Assembly (NCBI GenBank): GCA_002633005.1
Contig: NMRA01000181.1
Span: 692,959 to 756,958 of the forward strand
DNA: 64,000 nucleotides
Source: Phoronis australis
Taxonomy: Eukaryota > Animalia > Phoronida
Direction: 5' to 3'
Under the pieces are notes generated by a model. It was not told the DNA's origin. It was given only the letters and a program-made list of their open reading frames with translations, and ran no database searches. Of the stretch, positions 1 through 25,668 are shown in pieces (positions within the stretch are counted from its first letter, which is position 1; every line of letters starts with the position of its first letter). The translations under genes and the position numbers were made by a program.

Positions 1-1731
1 TTTGACAAACTCCACTTCACCACCTCCCACAATACTCTCCACACTACAGGCACTAGTGACACCTATTGGTGATGGCCGGTCCAAACTTTTGGTCGTGAGT
101 ACTGATTGGGCATCCATGTGATCGGCAAAAAATGGAGGATTACACATACAGAAGGCGAACTGCTTCCCATCATCTTGGACAACATTTAAAAGGACGCTGT
201 CTTCTTTGGCTTTCACAACTGAAATGGCAGCAACTCCAGTAAAAGAATATTGTCTAGAAGTCTTAAAACAAAACGTTTAGAAAAAATGTTGACAACAAAA
301 CAGGACGTTATTAATGTCACAGTAATGCTTCAGTGATCACTCCCGTACAACGCGTGACAATTTCTGTGCGTATACTTACACTGACTACTCCTATCACAGT
401 GTTCACCCGAGGCTGCATTTTTACATTATTTGACGCGATTGAGTAAAAGTGAAAGGAGACGCATCTCATTGGTTGCTATTTTGAGAAGATGTAAGACGTA
501 AAACTAGTACATGAATACTCCTGTTCGTCTTAAAAAACACCCAATTTGCTTCATTTTTCTCATGTCATTTGTGCATCATTCTGCACTAGCGTAATGATTT
601 CAGCTGAGCACGCTGCGCACATTTGATGTAACGTGTAAAATAGGCAGGACCGGCAGACCAATATTTTCCATAAAGTATGTCAAAAGAGGCATTTTCCAGG
701 CCTCTTGAATGCACCAAATAAGACTTGAATTCTCCAAACTTTCTAAGGCCAGACTCCCCTACAGGAGGGAGTATCTCTGACATCGCTGTCTATCAGACCA
801 CCAGCACTATTTTTTTAGTGCAACGTGTGAGAGATTCAGTGACGCCAATGGACATCACAGAAAAGATCTGTACAAATATGGATAATTATAGCGGGATACA
901 ACGTGCCTGCATTTTGAGAAAAAGTTTAGTACAACGAATCACGGGCACTAAACCGGTTCTCAAAATGAGGGCTAGTTATATCTGACTACACTCCAGATAT
1001 GTTACCTGTAATTTTGCTCTCAAGACCATTGGCAATAACATTTTTAGTAGAGTATTCAATGTTTTTATCATCAACATCTGTAGCCAAGAAACTCCAACCG
1101 TTTTTTCTACAGCCCAGCAGGGGGTAGATGCACGAAGCGCCAGTACCTGAGAAAATCCAACACTAAGATGAGCTGTTAAGATTGTGAGAATGTTATCGAT
1201 ATTTTACGACATGAAAAGGTCCAATTCGATTTTTATTTTTAGTCAGCTGACAAAGGCGATATGCAGCTTTCAGTAAGTCCATTTTATGCAATGTGAGATT
1301 TGATACCACTGACTGAGATGTATTCATCTGACCAAACAAAAACCTAGTTTTAACTGAATTCGTTAAATCTCAATGGCAGCTATTTATTTCATTCTCCAAA
1401 GTCCAAGCCCTAGGTTACCTATGTCAATGCCCACAACATCGGTCTGTTTTCCCAAGATGTCCTCTATCCATAGAATATAGTTGAGCCTTTGGGGTACCGT
1501 AGGTATCAGCCGGTCAGTCGGTATGTCCAGAGTCAGTCCAAAGTCGTCTTTGAGCAGTGCACACGTCAAAGCCCTGAGACACTCCGGCTTTTTAAAGTCT
1601 AAATGAATTTTACCCGCCACGTCTTGGGTTACATGATTTCTGAAGTCAGCATACTTGATAGCCAACTGCTTGAAGTCTGGTCTTTTCTTCTTATAAATGT
1701 TACGCGGATGCATTAACTTGTTCAGCGCCAT
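1..1731 (-). CDS. METTL16: RNA N6-adenosine methyltransferase METTL16, 5' part (coding exons 1731-1419, 1146-1006, 218-<1); gene continues beyond the left edge
   Basis: Spliced translation MALNKLMHPRNIYKKKRPDF...RLIPTVPQRLNYILWIEDIL...GIDIG|TGASCIYPLLG...WSFLATDVD...|...FCMCNPPFF...GGEVEFVK contains the METTL16 N-terminus, the SAM-binding DIGTGASCIY motif and the catalytic NPPF motif. Both introns are GT-AG and phase-compatible (phase 1). An acceptor (TTGCAG|AA ATG) just before the ATG implies an upstream non-coding exon. Confidence 0.96.
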
Positions 1732-2533
1732 TTCTGCAACAACAAAATTTAATTTTAAAAGAGTAACTACACGCTTTTCGTAACTTTAGTTTATAATAAC
1801 AATTATTAAAATGTTCGGAACAACAACAACAGTCTCTGAGTAAGTGAATTACTATACCCAACAATTACCTAACTTAATTCTAAGTAATAACTAAGTATTG
1901 AAGAAAAAACAACACATCAACTGATCAGTTCTACTAATCATTGACAAAACACAACCAATAGACACTCAAGATTTAAGTTGCCACTTTAAAAGCCAAGGCT
2001 TTAGTCAAGAAGACCAATTTTTGATTAAGACCATTTACCATTTGAAAATTGATCTCAACTTGTTTTTCACTCAGACAAGAAATGATTTGGGGGGACAACT
2101 GAAAGTTCGTTATGTCATGCCCAAGGTCACACCCAAGCTCATTCTCTGTTCATAAATTGACCAACTTATTAAAGCTTGGTCTTGAGTGTCGCTTGATCAC
2201 ACCATGCTGCGCGTGTACAAGAGTTTTATGGAGAGATGTTTTCATTAACACGAATACAGGAAATAGTCAGATAGGTGGGTCCCTGATTTGTAAGCCAGTT
2301 GCTCCAACTGAACAACAGGCATTATTCAGTGAGAGCAACTACAGGTTCTAAAATATCTTTTAAATCGAGAACCCACCTATCTATTACCAAAAAAACAGTG
2401 ATTGTTTATGTTTCAGACGTTTGCCAATGACCAGATTTTTTCAAGTTTTCATATTTGTGTACATGTGTGCAGTTATGTTCTTTTACACATAAAATAAGGT
2501 AGTCCAGGTAAAATAGGAAAGTATAGAGTGGAT

Positions 2534-2695
2534 GGGGCGGATCCAGGATTTTGAGGTGGGGGGGCAGGGCACAATATTAGCCAGGATTTTTCCCATTAGA
2601 CATTCACACCCCCAAAGTTGGCCGAACTGTCAAATGGAATCTGGTAGTTTTTTAGGGGGCATGACCCCCATGGCCCCCCTCTGAATCCACCACTG
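2534..2695. mobile_element. Short hAT-like MITE (GGGGCGGATCCAGG...GAATCCACCACTG)
   Basis: Imperfect terminal inverted repeats; related termini recur at 2735-2746, 3601-3613, 33999-34234 and 55055. Confidence 0.6.
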
Positions 2696-5040
2696 GTTTC
2701 TACACATCATTTAGTTTATGTCCCCCTCCCCCTAAATCCGCCACTGCAGCATGCTACCACCTAGTCAGTAACCATCCTCCACTACGTTTTAATTCACTCA
2801 ACCATTTCGTCTATACGCATCAACCTACGCCTCACTGACCTGCTGACGCTAGTAACAGTAGTAACACTAAGTAACAGGGCCAGAGATTGAGTGGCTGAGG
2901 CAGAATAGCTGGTTAAGTCGACATTGAAACGAGAAATTACAAAAACCTACAGCCGTCTGAAAGCCTGGTTTTATTGACAGACCAGTGCAATGTTTTCATG
3001 GTTTGATGCGTATAGTACAAAGCTGTAAGCCTTTCAACACAAAACCCCCAGAATTGCTAGTTGCATGCACCAAAAATCGATACGAGGACAAATCGATCTT
3101 TTCACATGGGCGCTGCCATTTTGAAAGGGAGCACTTATTTTTCTGTTTTCCACAACTGTCAGAGGGATTCAGGCAACTGAGCCGCCCGGACTCAATCAGT
3201 CCGTTATGTTCGTTATGTGGTTTACACGTATCCTCACTCAACTAAAAATTATTTCTGTGACAGCTATGAAAATAAGCCTATATAATAGTCTTTACAACGT
3301 CTGTACCTTGTATGTACGGTAAGAAACAATGGGCTATATATAAATTTTGTCTCCGATGATAACCGCCGCGGGGCCCCGTGCGCCTCAGCGGAATAGTCGA
3401 ATTAAGGAGTACGCCTCATATATGTGGAATCAAACGCATGGTCCCTATACGCGAATCAGTGGCAGTGATGTGAATAAAGGTATGTTCGAAAGTGATGTTC
3501 CACACCAATATAATAACATCCCAGGGCGCCTCGGCTGCCGTAGCAGTTTCAGTCATTGCCAGGGATTTCAGTTTTGTCCCCTTGGTCCCCCCCCCCCCTT
3601 AAATCCGCCACTGCAGCCCAATTATTTGTTTTTGAATATTCTCGGCTTGGTATCAGGCTGAAACAGGCTCATCTCGCCTATGTTGCACAACGAGACCAAG
3701 ATTGCATGTATCCACAGCACTAGGCTGATCAAGGCACAAAGACAGCCTAGTACGGCCGCTTCAGTTCGATCGGAGCTGGCCCGCAGAATACGCCTACAAG
3801 TAAAAGTTAGGCATAAGCTATGCGCATAGGGGGCCTATGCAAAACACATGAGCCAGCGGCGGACAATTTTGCTTGAAACTGTATTATTTCAGATATATAC
3901 ACGCGCATACGGTAGGCCTATCAGTAACGGGAAAGGGGAAGAACTAGTCATCCCTTGAACCCAAAATTGCTCACCCCAGGCAGGCCGCAACTGTCTCCCG
4001 CTGCGGCCACATTCAGTGAGTTGGGCATCTTCTGTGAACTTGTAGTGCCGGTTTGTAACGTCGCTATAACCAAGATTTGTCACAAAAATCAATCTGGACC
4101 ACTAGAAAAACTTAGGAAGAAAATCAAAATGACAGCTGTCCAAGTTGGCCAACACTTTCCAGAAGTATCCACCGGGTCGCACTTCATTGCCGGGCAATGA
4201 AGACGGTCTTTCGATTGTATAAAAGACAGCTGACTTTACATTGAATAGAGTGCAATCAAAATCATATCTTATTCTCTGTAGTAGATTACNAGAAATTACT
4301 TTGAAACGTCGAACTTTATTATCGCGGGTCGCTGGCGGGGCCGCCCGCGGCGCCTCGGGGCATCTAGGGCGATCGCGCCGGCGGTGCAAGCCTAGCTATG
4401 GCAGTGTTTTAACATGATAATCCATATTTTTGGTGCTGTTTTACAATTTGATATTTATTCTTAAAATTATTGTATACTTTACGTTAACTCATAGAGTACG
4501 GACATATTTTTTCACTTTTGGCTTTCTTGTTTGTTGATGAGTAGTGAGCCGAGAAAGCTGACCATGAAAAATATTTGTGATAGCTGGATTCATTCTATTT
4601 GAAAAAAAAAGAAATTAATTTTATCATCTATGCATGAAGTCCTATTTCAGAAAATAAATAACGGAACGCAAGGCCCAAAAAGTGGTTCAGTATGGTGACA
4701 TTTTAATTTACAGATTTTTTCCTTTCTGATTTGTTGGCTTTACTGACGATTAGTTATAGACTGACTATTCGTGCATCTAGCACAGCACTGAAAAAATTGG
4801 GGGCTCATATAGCCCCCCCCCCCCCCNTGGTAGATGCATGTGGGCTACCCCCGCCACTAACAGTGCTACATGAGCTGCCCATGGTCTATGGACAGTGTAC
4901 CACAGGGGGCTGGGGGGGCCATACCCCCCCCCTTCCCCCACTTTTTCAGTGCTGCGCCGCCCATGTGTTTTTAATTCACGAGTTTGAATAACACAGCAAT
5001 GTTTGTTCCCGCGGCGTTGACTCCTGCGCGGATAGACTCA

Positions 5041-5231
5041 CGGAGCTATTGAAATGTAAAAGAACGCTCCCTTTTTGAATGAGTGCGCATGTCCAATGTG
5101 AGTCATTGAGAATTGTGGGTAATTTTTCAACGTGTAGAAATAAATCAGTCGAAATTTTGACACAAAGTAGTAGTTTTCAAAGGAATTACCAATTCTGATC
5201 TTAAAATTGTCGTGCAGCGAAACTTGATTGT
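5041..5231. promoter_or_regulatory. Putative compact bidirectional promoter with the non-coding first exons of METTL16 (-) and LIS1 (+)
   Basis: Outward-facing GTGAGT donors at 5041 (minus) and 5230 (plus). Between them: TGCGCATG (NRF1-like, 5084), CCAAT (5093), TGAGTCA (5099), ZNF143/Staf-like GAATTGTGGGTAA (5110-5122) and TCAGTC Inr-like (5145). Both ATG-bearing exons are preceded by splice acceptors. Confidence 0.6.
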
Positions 5232-5471
5232 GAGTATGATGACCTAAATTATGCTATTTTTCTGTTGTTGACTGCATTCAGGCTCTTGTGGTACATCCCG
5301 ATTGCTTTTAGAAATACGCCTAATCCGCCATATTTGCTTGGCACACAGTTTCCCGAGTCCAAGCTGTTGTCTGTTGCATAGGATAAATTGTTTTGGGCCT
5401 TGCATTTGAATTAGTGAATGGTATGATGGTTTATTTATTTTCACATTCAAATCGATAAACCAATTACATGC

Positions 5472-6862
5472 CTTGCAATGCAACATAACTCAACTGCTAT
5501 TTGTTGGAGGTCAGACAGACTGGATAGACGAGACATCTGATTATCATATTTTTTCACATCCGATCGTGTGATGGAATTCATAATTTCGCCAGAAAAAGCT
5601 AATTGTTATTCGAGTCTTTTGAGGCAGTAGATCCTTTTGGTAGTTCTTGGTTTAAAAGGCCAGTGAATTGGATATTGAAATACATTCATCATATTAAATT
5701 CAGACTGTTGAAACCGGTTCTCAAGTGAGTAACCATCTAAAGTCCTAAAGGGGTATAGTATTTGAACTCGTTTTTTGTTTTCTTTTGAATGGAAAATACG
5801 CTGCCTGTTTTCTGTGACATACCATTCATATTTTCAAGCAACCCAGACTATTCTAGTCCACTGAGCCTGAGTGAAGAGAATTTTTTGTGAAATGAATGAA
5901 TTCCTCAGAATTTCAAATGTAACATATCATTACTCACTGTTGGTGTTAATTTAACTTGCAGAAAGATTTTCAGGCTCTAATATACTGACAATAGCTAGAT
6001 GATTTTATTACTATGACAGTATTGGGACCTCACATTTTCACTCTGGATTTACAATAAACAGTCTCTCAGCCATTAGCTTAGTTCTTTGGCCATGTTATTA
6101 AGCATTCCATGTTGGGCATTTGTTAACACATTTGCAGCATTCAATGATTCGTGGTCATGAGGTTAANCTTGCAATGCAACATAACTCAACTGCTATTTGT
6201 TGGAGGTCAGACAGACTGGATAGACGAGACATCTGATTATCATATTTTTTCACATCCGATCGTGTGATGGAATTCATAATTTCGCCAGAAAAAGCTAATT
6301 GTTATTCGAGTCTTTTGAGGCAGTAGATCCTTTTGGTAGTTCTTGGTTTAAAAGGCCAGTGAATTGGATATTGAAATACATTCATCATATTAAATTCAGA
6401 CTGTTGAAACCGGTTCTCAAGTGAGTAACCATCTAAAGTCCTAAAGGGGTATAGTATTTGAACTCGTTTTTTGTTTTCTTTTGAATGGAAAATACGCTGC
6501 CTGTTTTCTGTGACATACCATTCATATTTTCAAGCAACCCAGACTATTCTAGTCCACTGAGCCTGAGTGAAGAGAATTTTTTGGGAAATGAATGAATTCC
6601 TCAGAATTTCAAATGCAACATATCATTACTCACTGTTGGTGTTAATTTAACTTGCAGAAAGATTTTCAGGCTCTAATATACTGACAATAGCTAGATGATT
6701 TTATTACTATGACAGTATTGGGACCTCACATTTTCACTCTGCATTTACAATAAACAGTCTCTCAGCCATTAGCTTAGTTCTTTGGCCATGTTATTAAGCA
6801 TTCCATGTTGGGCAGTTGTTAACACATTTGCAGCATTCAGTGATTCGTGGTCATGAGGTTAA
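5472..6862. repeat. Tandem near-identical block 5472-6166 / 6168-6862 joined by a single N (probable uncollapsed haplotypes)
   Basis: ~695-bp copies differ by a few substitutions; N at 6167 lies exactly at the junction. Confidence 0.9.
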
Positions 6863-7096
6863 CCTCAAACGTGAAACTTTGCCCCTGTGCATGGTAACAT
6901 TAAGCCAGGGGCTACTGTTATGACACCAACAGCTGAGACTGAGGAGCCTTATTAGCTAAATGTTTGGCACATTATCCTTTAGAACTACATATTGGCCTTA
7001 ATGTCATTATTGTGTCGCCCTAATATTGAGGTGTTGTGGCAATGCTTTACAGCTGAGAAATCATTGGCAGGGGAACTTTTTGTCAATTAACAATGT

Positions 7097-7510
7097 TCTT
7101 TTCATGTGAATCTCATCAAAATAGAACTGTCCTGGCTTAATCATTGCTATTCTCCTTTGCCTTGGAAGTAAGAAAGTGTTTTGTTTTCATTGTCTTCATT
7201 TTGGAATGTAAGGCACATGTTCACAGGTCATTTCGGAAACCGTCAAGGTGTATGGCCTTGGAAATATTCCTAAATCCACCTGTAAGTACTGGAATTGAAA
7301 AGATATCTTCAAGAAAAGGAGTTCTGTTTCCAAGGCTCAAGTTTAACTCAACGAACTTGCTTTATCCAATCACTCCGCTTGTTTTGTCTCTGATTAATGT
7401 CGGGGGAAGCGAAGTTCTAACTTAACATCACGCATCCTCTGATATTTGTCAAGTTTGTCCAACTATCTCCCATCAAAGTTGCGGCTCACAGCACAGCAGT
7501 AATATTTCAT
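7097..7510 (-). pseudogene. Decayed THAP-domain / P-element-type transposase remnant in the LIS1 5' intron
   Basis: The minus strand reads MKYYCCAVS(R)NFDGR*...RFP.../..DWIKQVR*VKLEP (THAP-like C-x-C, FP, W..RR pattern with stops and frameshifts) and later GQFYFDEIHMK (P-transposase-like FDE motif). A TACCCACAATGC (ZNF143-like) site lies upstream at 7638-7649. Confidence 0.55.
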
Positions 7511-8049
7511 TGGCGATGGAGGAACAAATAGAGTAATGCGGCCGAAAAAACTTGTGATGAATAAGACAGCAGCAGAGAACATTTGGAACTCCAGTTGCGC
7601 GAAATGAGGCTACAAAAGTGTGTGACGGATATTGTGGCATTGTGGGTAAATACAGCGAGATTCGAGTTTCGCTGTGTAATATGGGATGGCCTTATTGTCT
7701 AGTTGTATTTGAACATGTCACATCCATTCGAAAACACCAATGTGTTCATAAGCTGACAGCATCATTTATGAACAAAATTAGGTTTCAATGCTGGTAGCAT
7801 TTTAATGGAGCTTTACAGTAACAAAGTGCATGTTTGTAGGGTTACTGCAGTGGATGTCATTCCTCAGGATCTTGTCCTGGTACCAAATTCCATGTCATGT
7901 CAGTCTGTAATGGATTTCTTTCTACAGGATCTTGCCCTGGTACCAAAGCATGTGTATGGTGGATAGTTCACGCAAGGCCTGGATTAAACTCCCGAGTTTA
8001 TAGCCAATTGCTGCTGTAGTTGTTGGACTGACTGTCTATGAATTTCAAG

Positions 8050-21125
<13,076 letters not shown>

Positions 21126-23214
21126 TCGCAGTAGATATTAGAGGCAATTAATATATTATTGATAATTATTTAAACAATCTGTTGTAAAGCTACGGTGCCA
21201 ACGCCCGCTTGTAGCACTGCCATACGATATACAATGATGAAAGTTGGAGTGGAGACTCTGCTGTTCTCAACTGTGGATTCTTGAGTCAGAGAGTTAAGTT
21301 GTCTCCCTTGATGTTGGGTATTATCATTTGGCTATGGCCTGATGGTGGTTGGTTGGTCATGTTGTTGACCAGCTCTTCATGGTGTGAGTGATAGGGCACG
21401 ATCCTGTGGTCTGTTGCAATATCAGGTAGCAATGACTGCATTACATTGACATTTGCTCAGTAGTATAACTAATATCTGTGTTGTGGGCTAAACTTGTATC
21501 CATAAGCGTCGGTTTGATATTGGTTCAATGAAAGTGCTGTGAGTCTTGTCCACTTTGATCGTAACAAACGGGCAGAAATTGGCTATTGCCACTGGGTGGT
21601 TGGAAGTGATCAGTGGTTGTACGTGTATGTGAGGTGTCACGGGGATCTCTGCATTGTTCTGGAGGGTCTGCACGTTACATTTTACCCACCCGTTGTAGTA
21701 TTACATGTGTGTATGACTTGGGCTTCTAAGTTGTAGTTTGTCTCGTGAGGAGAAGGCAATGTTTGTGAACTGCATCTCAGTTATGAATGGATGTTTGTGC
21801 TTGTCAGCATTGGAATTTGTAAGGTTTTGGTCCTCAGTGTACTCCATCACCAGCTGTCCCGATAGTTAGAGGATAGTATTTTGTGAAATGAATTCTTGGA
21901 ACTTTTGGTCAAACAAAGTTTTATTGCTTTTCAAATTTCTTTGTGGTGTCAATTTTAAACTGTTGAGTAGCTTCATGTCTTTTGTAATGAACATAGATCA
22001 AACATTTCTGTGGTCACATGTCGAGAACCTTTAATGGTGATAAGCCAACTCTTGAGCTGACTAGTCCAATTTGAGCAGACTCTGAGAAGGTGGCACCAAA
22101 TTAAACAGGACAGGATGTGTGTGTGGAAGTACTGTACGTTTGTCATAATGATTTGCACAAAGAACACACAGGAGTACTAGAGATTCATTGGCATTATTTG
22201 TGAATCTTGACAGAATAGCGAACAGAATTTGCATAAGTATTCTCTCCCTGTTTGCGTTGAAGACGGAGTTGTCTGGTCTGAGAATCATAGGCATATCAGG
22301 AGGGTTGCAGAGGTCATTCGCTCCCAGATTCGAAATGTGGCAAAATTTGTGCACAACAAGGCGAAATTTGAGCAGTGGAATCGACGAAACACTTGAGAAA
22401 GATATAGAACAAAATGAAGGTGTGATATTGTTGGGGGCGTTTCCTATGCCTACATTCGGACAAATCGATGTCATATGCCCTCTTAACACCCATGTCCAGG
22501 TATGCCTATGCTGAGAAACTGTGATTAACTGTTTATGAATCATGTAGTGACAACTTGTTGTTACGTCTATTATACCAGTGCTTCATCAGACTCGTGGCTT
22601 AAGCCTGTAGGATGCTGTATTTAATTGTTATTATTTAACTGGCATAAGCCCTGTTCGTGTAGTGCTAAGTGTTTCGCTGTCCTAACCTGGCACTGCTGGT
22701 GAATATTGTATATAGCTGTGTTAATGTCTAGTATGCTAATGAACTTAAGAGAGGTAGTTCGTGACCTCTCCACACACTTTTGGACGGAGATGCGCCACTC
22801 GACATTTGTGCATTCAACTTTTGGAGAGAAGAGACGTCCCTTAACTTATCGTTGTATGGCTGCTTTTCATGTGTAGTTTTAGGCTCACAGAGTGACCCCA
22901 TTTAGTGACACAGTGAAAGGAACTAATCTTCAGTGTCAAATTGACTTTTATGTGAGGTTTGATCTTCCTGAATGATAATTTGCTCCATAGGCAGTTGGGT
23001 GAAGCTTCTAATTGAGTAAGAAATAGGAAATATGTATGCATTGCTATATCTTTCAGGATCACGTATCTGGTTATATCAGGATTAAAAACTGTCTCTGTGT
23101 TGTATTGGCGAGTTGGGGTCGGGTTTATTTAGCATGAAACGATTTACTGGCCAGTTCGGAAGTTAAACTTCCTCTCCCGTGGGGGACCTGAACATCTGTC
23201 CAAGTTGTTCTATT

Positions 23215-24885
23215 TTGATTTGTCGGAGTATCATTTCTAAGAAAAATAAATATCCCTATTTTGCCTGAACCCGCTGTTGACATGAATATAGTTGTGTCCA
23301 TCAGTTGGAATATATACAGTTATGTACCACTTACCGTGCTTGGTGACCCCTGCCCAAGGTATTAGATCGTCAGAGTAATATGAATGATAATCACTGTTAA
23401 CCCGGGCGTCCCCGTTTTCCTCAGTAACGCTGTGTGTGTGTAAATATTATACATATTATCAAGTCCTTAGTTTATTTAAGTAACGGCTACTTCGTAGGCT
23501 TGTCGTATGTACATTTCAGTGTAAATATTTTGTTCTAATTGTATCTAGCCTAATCAGTTGTCTAATGACGCCAAGTGCACCCTTTGAACTGAAGCTGTGA
23601 TCACAGATGCTTGTAACCATGACAACACTAGTGGAATAGGTTGAACGTTTACAAAAGGTGCAAATCCTGATGTATACCAGGTATGCAAATAAACGACTTG
23701 AAATTACCAAGAATGTGTAAAAACTAGAGATTTAATATTCTAGTGTGTGAAAATGTCTAAGGTTTGGCTATTTCACATGAACTCATGAAAATCATCGTTT
23801 TTGTACACCATTTTTCTGGTATCCATCTTCAGTAGCAAAGTTTTCGTGTTTTAGGTTAAAATAAAAGTATCAATTTTGGTCAGTATCAGAAATGTTAAAT
23901 TGTGAAGACCATTCTTTTCTACACAAAAATACTTGTTGCGGGGGCATATCATCAGACGTGTTCTTGTGATTTCTTCTCTGGGACAAAGGATGCACTTGAT
24001 ATCGGCTGTGAAAAGACTTTCAATTCTCAATATGTTAATAAATGTTAATNTTGATTTGTCGGAGTATCATTTCTAAGAAAAATAAATATCCCTATTTTGC
24101 CTGAACCCCCTGTTGACATGAATATAGTTGTGTCCATCAGTTGGAATATATACAGTTATGTACCACTTACCGTGCTTGGTGACCCCTGCCCAAGGTATTA
24201 GATCGTCAGAGTAATATGAATGATAATCACTGTTAACCCGGGCGTCCCCGTTTTCCTCAGTAACGCTGTGTGTGTGTAAATATTATACATATTATCAAGT
24301 CCTTAGTTTATTTAAGTAACGGCTACTTCGTAGGCTTGTCGTATGTACATTTCAGTGTAAATATTTTGTTCTAATTGTATCTAGCCTAATCAGTTGTCTA
24401 ATGACGCCAAGTGCACCCTTTGAACTGAAGCTGTGATCACAGATGCTTGTAACCATGACAACACTAGTGGAATAGGTTGAACGTTTACAAAAGGTGCAAA
24501 TTCTGATGTATACCAGGTATGCAAATAAACGACTCGAAATTACCAAGAATGTGTAAAAACTAGAGATTTAAGATTCTAGTGTGTGAAAATGTCTAAGGTT
24601 TGGCTATTTCACATGAACTCGTGAAAATCATCGTTTTTGTACACCATTTTTCTGGTATCCATCTTCAGTAGCAAAGTTTTCGTGTTTTAGGTTAAAATAA
24701 AAGTATCAATTTTGGTCAGTATCAGAAATGTTAAATTGTGAAGACCATACTTTTCTACACAAAAATACTTGTTGCGGGGGCATATCATCAGACGTGTTCT
24801 TGTGATTTCTTCTCTGGAACAAAGGATGCACTTGATATCGGCTGTGAAAAGACTTTCAATTCTCAATATGTTAATAAATGTTAAT
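23215..24885. repeat. Tandem block 23215-24049 / 24051-24885 joined by a single N (probable uncollapsed haplotypes; distal LIS1 3' region)
   Basis: ~835-bp copies with few substitutions; N at 24050; the same spurious 64-aa ORF appears in both copies. Confidence 0.9.
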
Positions 24886-25668
24886 GCATGAACCTCCTAG
24901 TGTCCATCACTGTTTCTACTCTTCACTCAGTTTGTGCCGTGATCACAGGGTGATACATGTTTCTCTACCGTATTACGGTGTGTTAGTATCTTGAAAGATA
25001 CTCTGTGCACTCGGCTTTAGTTTCTTCAAAACCGCCAAAGAGAAGCGAGCTTTTGTGTTAAACCGAAGCACTCGCTGCAGCAAATTGCACCCGAGCCATT
25101 TTTCTCGCGATAAGAGGTATACGGAATGGTGTTTTGAACTAAGGAGTAATTAGTGAAATTTTTCGCGGTTGTTAATCCTTTTGGACTGCTGATAGTAATC
25201 GGTACATTTTAATTTCGGAGCCCATGAAAAAAACGGTATTTCACGCCAACATCCTTCTAGGCTCCTATACAAGGCATCGAGTAAAATTTCGAGAAAATGA
25301 GGCCTGATGCTTTTCAGCAAGAAAAATTATCACACCGAGTTGCATCTTTCTAGTTGTTTTTTTTTTTGATCAATTAAAGGTGCATTGCTCCATATCGCGA
25401 CATGTCACACCGCCCACCTGTCACCTCGTGAAACTTCGTTGAGCCAACACTGAGTAGGGCAAATGGTAGGAGGGCGCGTTCATTCAAATAATCATGTTCA
25501 TGTTGATAAAAATTTGCACTGCATTAAGTCAAATTACATGTTTTAGCGAACGAGCCCCCCATTTGGAGAAGTGGGCAAAAAGTTCCACGTGTGAGAAACA
25601 AAAAGTCCACTAAACAAGCACAAACGCGCAATTCACAGTGGTGCGCCCTTGTTTTTTTTTGTTTTTCT

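Noticed and set aside
22061-22543. 160-aa minus-strand ORF and overlapping 108-aa plus-strand ORF
   Set aside because: No recognisable motif or splice context; lies in the probable long LIS1 3' UTR.
23516-24546. Two identical 64-aa ORFs suggesting a duplicated small gene
   Set aside because: Product of the 23215-24885 assembly duplication; no coding features.
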